Origin: Sphingomonadaceae bacterium
GTDB taxonomy: Bacteria > Chloroflexota > UBA6077
Length of the DNA: 38,634 nucleotides
Direction: 5' to 3'
Assembly (NCBI GenBank): GCA_050261575.1
Contig: JBLNDL010000046.1
Coordinates: 1-38,634 of the forward strand
Shown here: piece by piece, positions 19,089 through 27,186 of the stretch
How positions within the stretch are numbered: the first letter of the stretch is position 1
Layout: every line of letters begins with the position of its first letter
Made by a program: the position numbers and the translations under genes
Notes under the pieces: model-generated
Database searches by the model: none
Told to the model about the DNA's origin: nothing
What the model saw: the letters and a program-made list of their open reading frames with translations, nothing else

Positions 19089-22000
19089 TCAATTGGCTCG
19101 CACCTCGTAGATGGTCACTCCGTCTCCCCGGTAGGCCACCGCAAGCTGCCCGCTGTTCGCCATGGCCTCGAACTTCGCCAGACCCGCAGGCGAGTAGTAG
19201 GCCCTCTCCAGGTCGCCCACGTAGACCAGCCGGACACGATACTTCCGCAACAACGACTCCACCTGCGCCACGTCGGTGCTCTCGAACATGGTCTTGATGT
19301 CCTGCAGCCGCTGATCGATCATACTCTGGTATCCCCATCGCTGCTGCCGCTCGTGCCACGTCCACCCGAGAACGGTCGGCAGACCGGTGTATATGGACAC
19401 CCGTGACCCCCATCTGTACTCAGGTATCTGGGCCTCCAGCACGACTGGAGAGCCGGGCACGTTCTGCTGGATCCACTGGAGGGCGGCGTAATCCCTACCC
19501 AGGATGATGTCGCGGTTCTGATCCTTGAAGGCGGCCCACTTCATGTACGCCATGCCGTCCAGCGTGGGATCGGTCGACCGGAAGCGCAACCCCACCTTCA
19601 CTGGCGTCGCCGCGACGGGATAGATCAGCAGCGACCCGGCAAGCAGCACCAGCACCGCCGCCCACGCGCCCCGCCACCCCGGGCGCAATCGGAGGCCGCT
19701 TTCCCTCCATCCCTGCAGGACCCCCACGACCCCGAGCGCCGAGGCGATCCCGAAGAGGAACCATGCCTGGAGGTAGAACTTGAAGACGGTGTTCATCCTC
19801 CCGATGTCGCCCTTTATGGTAACAAACTCCACCCCGAGGGTGAGGGCGATACCGGCACCGGCGAAGAGAAGCAGCAACAGCCGCTCCGGCGGGGCGTTCC
19901 TCTCGAACGCCGCGAGAATGGTGAGTAGCCCCAGCCCCAACAGCAGGGCAACGAGGTACAGCTTCAGCAGGACCGCCCCCAGCACCATGCCGACCAGCAT
20001 CAGCGCGACCAAGGGGAGGAACTCCAACCATGGGGTGGGGCGGACGAGCAGATCGGACAGCTCCCGCCTGCGCGCCGACCGCGGGTTGCCCTGCATCCGA
20101 TCCCAGAGCGACCGAACCCAGATGCGGTGCCACCTGCTCCCGGCCATGTTGATCAGCAGCACGGAGCCGATGCAGAAGACGAAGAAGCCGAAGATCACGA
20201 GGTAGTGCTGGATGGACGTCTTTCCCGGCGAGGGGTCGACGCCGTTGTAGAACAGCTCGTAGGCTCGATCGAAGGGGAGGAACAGCAGCCGCGCGACCAC
20301 GAAGGTGCCAGCCGAGGCGGCGCCCGCTTCCACCGCTCCTCTCCAAGTCAGGCCGCGGTCACGTACGAAGGCGCCGAGGAAGTAAGCCGCGGCCAGGAGC
20401 GCAAGGTAGGTGGGATAGTCCCAGCTATTGGTGACCTGCAGGGCTCCCACCACCAGCCCTCCCATCCCGACCAAGAGTGCGCGGTCAACCCAGAGGGAGT
20501 GCCCCACCTTGGATTCCGAGTGCTGAGCGCCGAGTGTCGAGTCCTGGCTCCCGGGTCCTGGGTCATGAGCGACTGTCTCGCTCCGAGGGCGCAGGACACA
20601 GTGCTCAGGACTTCTCCCCGCGCCCACGCGTTCCCGCGTCCACGCGTCCCTATCTCTCCCGATCCCCTGCCACACCACTGCCAGCACCAGCCCCAGCGCC
20701 AGGGCGGCCAGCGGCATCGCCATCATGTGGGGATGGAGGTCGCCGTACAGGAAGGTAAAGTAGGGGAACTCCGTGATGGGTGTGGGGTTCTCCGGCCCGA
20801 TGATTCGGGTCGACCGCCAGAAGTCGAAGGGCGGCAGCGACTTCCCCCCGAAGAGCACGGCCCAGCCACCCGCGGCGGCCTTGGCGAGCCCCTCCAGGCC
20901 AGGGATCGTGCTCCTCAACTGGAGGCCGCCCAGCCTCCACAGCGCCTCCAGGATCTGGATGGGTCCATCCAGGTTGCCGGCTATCAGCACGGCCCCGGCC
21001 GTGGCCATCCCACCCAGCACCGCCCTGTCGGGCAACGCCCTCGCGGCGACTCGGCTCGCATTCAGCACGTAGTTGAAGCCGAAGGAGAAGAGTCCGGCAG
21101 CCGTCAGAGCGAATATGGACGGGATAGCCAGGTTGAAGGCCACCGCGGGGACGATGCCGGTCAGCCGCATCAGCACGGCGACCATGACGAAGCCAAAGTA
21201 GTAGTAGTTCACGTATCCGCCGGCCATCCAGGGGTCGTAGGGCGGGAAGTAGGTCGACTTGGCCACTGCGTTCAGGAAGGCGAACTCCATCGGCTTCTCG
21301 CCGCCGAAGTTCAGGTGCCACAGGTCCGGGTTCCGTACTCGGATTGCCCAGAAGAGCGCGAAAGCCCCCAGGAAGAGCAGCTCGTGGATCAGCATTACCC
21401 TTCGATGTGAAAGGAAGTACTCCCGAAAAGCCGCCATTTGCCGGGACAGCACGATCCCGCTGATCCCCCCGAGAGCCACTATCCCCACCAGGATCGACTC
21501 CCGGCTGAAGCTCAGCACCCGCAGACTGGGGAGCAGCCACGCCACGTAGCTCACCAGCAGCAGGCCGAGCACTTTGGAGAGGCCGTACCCGCGGTCCGGG
21601 AACCGGGCAAACAGGCGCCACGCGAGGGGCAACGCGAGCAGCCCCAACAACTCCAGCACCAGCCACCACGAGAGGGTGGGGAAACGGTTGGCCAGGCCGG
21701 CGGCGTCGTACAAGGCCGACCAACTCCCTCCCTGTTCCTGCGCGGCCCGCATCTCATCGCTCATCAGCAGCCCGTTCCTCCCCACCTGCACCGGCCTCAG
21801 GTGCAGTACGCCGTCGAGAGGCACGGACCCCAGCCGATCCCGCACTCGCTGTCCCGAGTACTCCGGGGTCTTCCGGAAGATGAGCACCTTGGGGTGATCG
21901 TAGACGGTGAAGATCTCCTCCGCCGCGTCGTCGTTCAGTTCTATGCCGAAGAGGCTCGGATAGGAGGTGAAGCTTTTGACCAACTCGAAGCCAAGCTCGC

Positions 22001-23693
22001 CGGAGAAGAGCAGTCGGTAGTACTCCGTGGTCATGGGATAGCGCATCGGCATCCGCGGGATCGACCCGTAGAGCCGGTTGCTGCTCAGGAAGATGTACTC
22101 GGTGGCGTCAAGTTGCGCCACGAGCTTCCGCAGCTTCTCCGGATTCTCCTCCGCGTACAACTCCAGGGTGGTCCCGCGGTAGAGCCCCGCGTCCTTTCCC
22201 TTCCAGCGGAGCGGCAGTGGATCGTCCCAGTGCTCGTTGGCGATGGGTGTGCCGGGCGGGATGTTGGCCACGATCCACTCGCTGGCCTCGATCCTGGTGA
22301 CCGGTCGAGTGTAAATGCGGGTGAAGGCGAAGGCGTACAGCAGCGTGCCCAGGGCCACGGCTGCAAGCAACCCCCAACTGGCAGCCATCCCGAGACGCGC
22401 CCAGGCGGCACCACGCCCCCCCACGGACCCGCCTCTCGATCGCGCGGCATCGACCAACCGCAGGAGGAGATGCGCACCGAGCAACGCCAGCAGCGGTACG
22501 ATCGGCACGAAGTAGCGCATGGTCTTAGCCATCTGGCCGCCCTGGTACCAGAAGAAGAACGCGACCCACGACACGATCAGCAGGAGGCCGGCCTCGCGCT
22601 TCCACAACAGGCGGAATGCGGCGAAGGCAAGCCCGGCCCACCCGGCGATTCCGAGCGGAAGCCCCATCCCCCACAAGACCAGGTTGCGCAGGGGGAAGAG
22701 GTACGGCTCCGTCCCCGCCCACTGGATGCTCGGAGGGTAATCCACTTCCCCGCTGATAAGCTTCTGGACGTACTGCATGTCGTCCAGGAACTTCTTGGAG
22801 ATGCCGACGTCGAAGAAGCCGGGTCCGGCGAAGGCGTAGGGCTGCACCACGCGAAAGACCAGGAGCGCGGAGAGCCCGGCCACGGCGAACCAACCGAGAA
22901 TTCGCTGCCACTCGCCCAGCCGTTGCGGCAGCCCGACCGCATCGTGCAATCGCTTGAGGGCAACCATCCCCACCACGAGGGCGAAGACGGCCGAGTTGAC
23001 CTTGCTGGCGACCGCCATCCCGAAGAAGGCGCCTAGCAGCGGATAGTCGTACCAGCGATCCTGCTGCCACACCCTGACCGCGAACAGGAAAGACGCGAGA
23101 AGGAAGAAGGCGGTAAACGTATCGAAGGTGAAGAAATGCGACTGTTGGATGTGGATTACGGCTCCCGACGTCAGCAGCGAGGCCAGCAGCCCCGTGCGGG
23201 TGTCGAAGAGCCGCCGCCCGATCAGGAAGATGAGCAGCACGGAGCCCAGGTCGAACGCAGCCGACACCACTCGCCCCACCAGATGGATCTGGTCGTACCC
23301 GGTCATCCCCAGGGCATCGCCCAGTGCCTTGACCAGGAAGAGGGGGAGGGTGCCATAGACGAAGGAGTTGTATCCCCGGTTGTATGGGTTGAGTGGAGAC
23401 CTCGCCGTGTCGAAGTACTCACCCAGACTCTTCGGCCAGGCGATCGCGGTCTCCACCATGGTGATGAATCGCTCGTCGGGATGGAGGTGGGTGTTGCTGT
23501 CCCAGTTCACTCCGGTCAGTCGGAAGTAGGCCCCGACGAGCAGGATGGCCAGGAGCGCGAGGGGAGTCGCCCACGCGAACCGCGACCGCACGGGCCTGTC
23601 CTGATGTCGGTCGCCGAAGAGCGGCGCGTGAGAGACTGAACCTCTCAACGTGCCGCCGGAGGCGACGTTCTCCTCCGCCACGGAATCAGCCAC
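19089..23693 (-). CDS. 1534-aa fusion of a PMT/ArnT-like GT-C domain and a Chlor_Arch_YYY (DUF2298) domain
   Basis: GTG start at 23693 with SD AAGGAG. The N-half has LHPDERF, YGTLP, IQQSHFFTFD, RYFVP, EHWDD, SNRLYGSIP and FTVYDHPKV. The C-half has GGEKPMEFAFLNA, DPWMAGG, NYYYFG, GDLHPH, NSWDYP, RMNTVFKF and GLPTVLGW. Confidence 0.88.
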   Translation of the reverse strand: MADSVAEENVASGGTLRGSVSHAPLFGDRHQDRPVRSRFAWATPLALLAILLVGAYFRLTGVNWDSNTHLHPDERFITMVETAIAWPKSLGEYFDTARSPLNPYNRGYNSFVYGTLPLFLVKALGDALGMTGYDQIHLVGRVVSAAFDLGSVLLIFLIGRRLFDTRTGLLASLLTSGAVIHIQQSHFFTFDTFTAFFLLASFLFAVRVWQQDRWYDYPLLGAFFGMAVASKVNSAVFALVVGMVALKRLHDAVGLPQRLGEWQRILGWFAVAGLSALLVFRVVQPYAFAGPGFFDVGISKKFLDDMQYVQKLISGEVDYPPSIQWAGTEPYLFPLRNLVLWGMGLPLGIAGWAGLAFAAFRLLWKREAGLLLIVSWVAFFFWYQGGQMAKTMRYFVPIVPLLALLGAHLLLRLVDAARSRGGSVGGRGAAWARLGMAASWGLLAAVALGTLLYAFAFTRIYTRPVTRIEASEWIVANIPPGTPIANEHWDDPLPLRWKGKDAGLYRGTTLELYAEENPEKLRKLVAQLDATEYIFLSSNRLYGSIPRMPMRYPMTTEYYRLLFSGELGFELVKSFTSYPSLFGIELNDDAAEEIFTVYDHPKVLIFRKTPEYSGQRVRDRLGSVPLDGVLHLRPVQVGRNGLLMSDEMRAAQEQGGSWSALYDAAGLANRFPTLSWWLVLELLGLLALPLAWRLFARFPDRGYGLSKVLGLLLVSYVAWLLPSLRVLSFSRESILVGIVALGGISGIVLSRQMAAFREYFLSHRRVMLIHELLFLGAFALFWAIRVRNPDLWHLNFGGEKPMEFAFLNAVAKSTYFPPYDPWMAGGYVNYYYFGFVMVAVLMRLTGIVPAVAFNLAIPSIFALTAAGLFSFGFNYVLNASRVAARALPDRAVLGGMATAGAVLIAGNLDGPIQILEALWRLGGLQLRSTIPGLEGLAKAAAGGWAVLFGGKSLPPFDFWRSTRIIGPENPTPITEFPYFTFLYGDLHPHMMAMPLAALALGLVLAVVWQGIGRDRDAWTRERVGAGRSPEHCVLRPRSETVAHDPGPGSQDSTLGAQHSESKVGHSLWVDRALLVGMGGLVVGALQVTNSWDYPTYLALLAAAYFLGAFVRDRGLTWRGAVEAGAASAGTFVVARLLFLPFDRAYELFYNGVDPSPGKTSIQHYLVIFGFFVFCIGSVLLINMAGSRWHRIWVRSLWDRMQGNPRSARRRELSDLLVRPTPWLEFLPLVALMLVGMVLGAVLLKLYLVALLLGLGLLTILAAFERNAPPERLLLLLFAGAGIALTLGVEFVTIKGDIGRMNTVFKFYLQAWFLFGIASALGVVGVLQGWRESGLRLRPGWRGAWAAVLVLLAGSLLIYPVAATPVKVGLRFRSTDPTLDGMAYMKWAAFKDQNRDIILGRDYAALQWIQQNVPGSPVVLEAQIPEYRWGSRVSIYTGLPTVLGWTWHERQQRWGYQSMIDQRLQDIKTMFESTDVAQVESLLRKYRVRLVYVGDLERAYYSPAGLAKFEAMANSGQLAVAYRGDGVTIYEVRAN
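20511..20613. repeat. Degenerate heptamer tandem repeat array with an inverted arm (STRR-like palindrome), inside a CDS
   Basis: GGATTCC GAGTGCT GAGCGCC GAGTGTC GAGTCCT GGCTCCC GGGTCCT GGGTCAT GAGCGAC (20511-20573), then the inverted units AGGGCGC AGGACAC AGTGCTC AGGACTT (20586-20613). Confidence 0.75.
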
Positions 23694-24561
23694 GAGTTGG
23701 CTCCTTCGAGAAGGGATGGTGGCCGCCCAGGGTCTTGGTGCAGACGAGCAGGATGTAGGCCCCCTCGCCCGCCGCCTTTTCTGTGTAGTATCGGCCGAGC
23801 AGAGCACGCTGCAGCCTCACCCCAGGTTTGCCTGGGAACAGGATCCACCGTCCGGTGAGCTTCCGCACGAGCAACGAGTGGGCGCTGATGTAGTGGCTCA
23901 GATCGAACACCCGGTGGGCCGAGGGGGAGAAGTAGTACTCCCATTCCCGGACCGCCAATCCTCGAGCCGCCAGCCGCCGATTCCACTCCTCGGGAGAGTA
24001 GTAGTGATGGTGGTACGAAATGCGGGTCATCCACCGGCCGTACAGGTCAGCCAGAGGGCGCAGCCCGACGGCGGACAGGAGGGTGGACCCCAGGAGGAAG
24101 CGCTCGTAGTTGGGGCTGGGAACCGTCGCCACGAACAGTCCACCTGGCCTCAGCACGCGCGCGATCTCGTCCAGCGCCCCATCCAGGTTCGTGATGTGCT
24201 CCAGGGTGCAGTTGCTGAACACGCTGGCGTAGCTCCCGTCGGGGTAGGGGAGCGCACAGGCGTCGGCGACCTTCACCTCACGGTACACGCCTCGCGACCT
24301 CGCCTCCTCCACGGCCCGAGGCGACGGGTCGATGCCGGCATCGACCCCCTCGGGGAAGAGGATCGAGGCGAAGTGGCCGTCCCCGCACCCCACGTCCAAC
24401 ACCGGGCGTTCGAAGCGATAGCGCGCCAGCAGCCTCGCCTCCACCGAGCGCAGCAACGCCCTGTGGAGTGGGAGGGAGGTGAGGTGCGGCAGCAGGTAGT
24501 CCCGCGGCGGCGAGGATGTGCGGTCCAGCCCCCCAGCGGCCTCGGGCCTGTCATGTGGCAT
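23686..24561 (-). CDS. Class I SAM-dependent methyltransferase
   Basis: VLDVGCGDGHF, ADACALPY, SNCTLEHI, EIARVLRPGG. Confidence 0.9.
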   Translation of the reverse strand: MPHDRPEAAGGLDRTSSPPRDYLLPHLTSLPLHRALLRSVEARLLARYRFERPVLDVGCGDGHFASILFPEGVDAGIDPSPRAVEEARSRGVYREVKVADACALPYPDGSYASVFSNCTLEHITNLDGALDEIARVLRPGGLFVATVPSPNYERFLLGSTLLSAVGLRPLADLYGRWMTRISYHHHYYSPEEWNRRLAARGLAVREWEYYFSPSAHRVFDLSHYISAHSLLVRKLTGRWILFPGKPGVRLQRALLGRYYTEKAAGEGAYILLVCTKTLGGHHPFSKEPTRG

Positions 24562-24720
24562 CAATACGACTTGCCCTCAACCAGACGACGAATGAACACC
24601 CCCCCGCACCGCCAAGAGCGCACGCAATTCGGCAGGGCCGGGGGCGCGAAAGCGAAGCCACAAACCGAGACACTCGTATCGAAGTGCTCGGACAACGCTA
24701 CCATGGCCTCCTCGACTGGG

Positions 24721-25746
24721 TCAAGAAGCCGAAGCGGCCACATCTACGTTGCCGCTGGCGGCCGCAGCCAAGAGCTGCGCGACCCTCACCACCTTGAGAC
24801 CATCCTCCCCGCCTACGGGGAACTTGGAGTCCGAGGTCACAGCCCTCACGAAGGCCTCCAACTCCAGCCGCAGAGGCTCGTCCCTGTGAAGGTAGTAGCG
24901 GGTCATGTTTCCCTCGGCCATCCCCCGGAAGACCTGGAGGCTGTTCCAACTGCTCTCGGTGTAGTTGTTCTCGAAGTAGTAAAGGTCCTGGGTGAGAAAG
25001 TCCGCGAGCAGCATCCCTCGCTCACCGTTGACCACCACCTCGCGGATCTTGGTGGGGCTCAACCAGTTCTCGATCAAGACCCCGATCACTCCGTTGGCGA
25101 AGCGCAGCAGCCCGACCGCCAGGTCTTCGTGCTGGTCGTGCAGCATCCTGGCCGACTCCGCCGACACCTTCTCGACATCCGATCCCGTCAGATGCAGCAT
25201 CACGTCGATGTCGTGTGTAGCCAGGTCCATGAAGACGCCGACGTCTTTGACTCGGGAGGGAAAAGGCCCGATACGTCGCACCGTGATCTGGAACACGCGA
25301 CCGAGCTGCCCCTCCACCAGGCGGCTCCTGAGTGCGGCGACCACGGGATTGAATCGCTCCACGTGCCCGACGCCCAGCAGCACTCCTCGCCGCTCCGCCA
25401 GATGGATGATCCGCTCGGCCTCGGCCACCGACGGGGCTAGCGGCTTCTCGACGAGAAGGTTTATCCCCCGCTCGATCACGTCCTCGGCCACTTGCAGGTG
25501 CAGTCTCGGCGGGACAGCCACCGACACCAGGTCGAGGGGCTCCCTCGCCAGCATCTCCCGGTAGTCGGAGTAGGGGCGCGCCCGGCAGCGGCTGGCCACG
25601 GTCCGCAGCGACTCCTCGTCGGGGTCCGCCACTGCCTCCAGGGTGACCGCGCTCATCTCGGAGTAGACTCGCGCGTGGTTGCGCCCCATCGACCCGACGC
25701 CTATGACCGCCGTTCTTGGGCGCGCTGCACCGAGCAATCGGCTCAT
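24721..25746 (-). CDS. Gfo/Idh/MocA oxidoreductase, WbpB/WlbA-like nucleotide-sugar 3-dehydrogenase
   Basis: AVIGVGSMGRNHARV, LVEKP, GHVERFNP, DVGVFMDLATHDID, EPLRLEL; close to a WbpD-like acetyltransferase. Confidence 0.85.
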   Translation of the reverse strand: MSRLLGAARPRTAVIGVGSMGRNHARVYSEMSAVTLEAVADPDEESLRTVASRCRARPYSDYREMLAREPLDLVSVAVPPRLHLQVAEDVIERGINLLVEKPLAPSVAEAERIIHLAERRGVLLGVGHVERFNPVVAALRSRLVEGQLGRVFQITVRRIGPFPSRVKDVGVFMDLATHDIDVMLHLTGSDVEKVSAESARMLHDQHEDLAVGLLRFANGVIGVLIENWLSPTKIREVVVNGERGMLLADFLTQDLYYFENNYTESSWNSLQVFRGMAEGNMTRYYLHRDEPLRLELEAFVRAVTSDSKFPVGGEDGLKVVRVAQLLAAAASGNVDVAASAS

Positions 25747-25747
25747 C

Positions 25748-26500
25748 TCACCATATCCCCTCCCGCCACAAGGCGACGCGCAGGCTCGTGAGCTGCACCA
25801 GCATTCGCATGGCTCGCCTCAACGAGCCCAACCGGCTCGGCCGCTGCTCCGCCACCGACACGGGAACCTCGCACATCCGCAGCCCGGCGCGGTGGCATCG
25901 CACGATCAACTCAGTATCGAAGACCTCGTGCCCGAACCGGCACCGCTCCAGCAGTGGTGCAGCCTTCACCCTCTGCAAGGCCATCAGGCCGTGGGTGTCG
26001 GACACTGGAAGCCAGAAGAGCAGCCGAACCAGGGCACTCAGGGCCCGACCGGCAAGCCGCCGCGCGGCCGGTCTGCGATCGTATCCGGCCGCCACGTACT
26101 TCGAACCGAGGACGACGTGGTGGGAGGCAAGCCTCGACAGGGCAGTCCGCAGGAAGCCGACATCCACGAAGTCGATGGAGAAGTTGAGCAGGCAGTCTCC
26201 GGAGGAGACGAGGAATCCAGCCCGCATCGCTCGGCCGTAGTCGGGCCGCTCCAAGTGCAGGACCCTGATCCGCGCGTCGCGAAGCGCCAGTCCCTTGGCC
26301 ACGGCCAACGTCTGGTCGGAGCTACCGTTCTCGGCAAGGATCACTTCGAAGGACAATCCGCTTCCATCCAGGGCTTCCATCAGCCTCTCGACCGATCCGG
26401 CCAGCATCGCTTCTTCGTTGAAGACGGGAATGGTGATGGAAACACTCAGCACTGCTCCGGTCTCCTCTCCACCGGCCATGGGCCGCTCCATCGGAATCAC
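25748..26500 (-). CDS. GT2 glycosyltransferase, DPM-synthase/polyprenol-phosphate glycosyltransferase-like
   Basis: ITIPVFNEE, ENGSSDQT, YGRAMRAG, GSKY, SDTHG, FDTEL, EVPV. Start probably the GTG at 26500 (GTGA overlap, SD GGAGG) or the ATG at 26491. Confidence 0.85.
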   Translation of the reverse strand: MIPMERPMAGGEETGAVLSVSITIPVFNEEAMLAGSVERLMEALDGSGLSFEVILAENGSSDQTLAVAKGLALRDARIRVLHLERPDYGRAMRAGFLVSSGDCLLNFSIDFVDVGFLRTALSRLASHHVVLGSKYVAAGYDRRPAARRLAGRALSALVRLLFWLPVSDTHGLMALQRVKAAPLLERCRFGHEVFDTELIVRCHRAGLRMCEVPVSVAEQRPSRLGSLRRAMRMLVQLTSLRVALWREGIW

Positions 26501-27075
26501 CCACTCCCCTCCGGCCGGAAGGCCCAACCGCAGCGTTCGCAGTGCCACAGCCCTCCATGCCCCTCTCGCAACCGTTCGCCGCACGCGCAGACGTAGCCCG
26601 CGAGCCGAGCGGGCGTGCCAACCACCAAGCCGTGATCGGGTACACTGCGAGTGACGACCGCACCGGCACCAACCATGGCGAACCGACCGATGGTCACTCC
26701 CGGAAGGACCACGGCCCTGGCGCCGATCGAAGCGCCGTACCGCACCTCGATTAGCCCCACGGCCCAGTCCTCCTGTCGCTTGAGCCGGCCGTCGGGGGTG
26801 ATCGCGCGTGGAACCCTATCGTTCGCGAGACACACCAGCGGCCCGATGAAGACCCCGTCTTCCACGGTCACGCCATGGTAGAGAAGGGCGTAGTTCTGGA
26901 TCTTGACGTTGCAGCCAACCACGACGCCGAAGTCGATGTACGTTCCTTTGCCGACGATGCAGTTCTCGCCGATGACCGCGCCCTCCCGAACCTGGGCGTG
27001 GTGCCATATCCTGGTGCCTTTGCCCACCCGGGCTTCCCGCGACACCTCCGCCGTGGGATGGATCGCATCCTCCAA
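26497..27075 (-). CDS. Hexapeptide-repeat N-acetyltransferase, WbpD/WlbB-like, with a C-terminal Cys4 zinc ribbon
   Basis: IHPTAEV...TRIWH...VKIQN...EDGVFIGP...ND.VPR, GASIGA, VGAGAVVT, G.PAR, YVCACG...CERCG. TTG start with SD GGGAGGG. Confidence 0.88.
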   Translation of the reverse strand: MEDAIHPTAEVSREARVGKGTRIWHHAQVREGAVIGENCIVGKGTYIDFGVVVGCNVKIQNYALLYHGVTVEDGVFIGPLVCLANDRVPRAITPDGRLKRQEDWAVGLIEVRYGASIGARAVVLPGVTIGRFAMVGAGAVVTRSVPDHGLVVGTPARLAGYVCACGERLREGHGGLWHCERCGWAFRPEGSG

Positions 27076-27186
27076 CGTACCCTCCCCGCACACCGGCCCG
27101 GTGGTCCGGCGCACCCAACCTGCCCCGGTCCTGCTCGAGCGGCCAATCCGGGCTTGCCACGTCCGCAGCAAAGTGCTCGCGCAACC

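Noticed and set aside
23694..23807. Extended start of the 1572-aa ORF
   Set aside because: It overlaps the methyltransferase gene; the GTG at 23693 has a good SD (AAGGAG).
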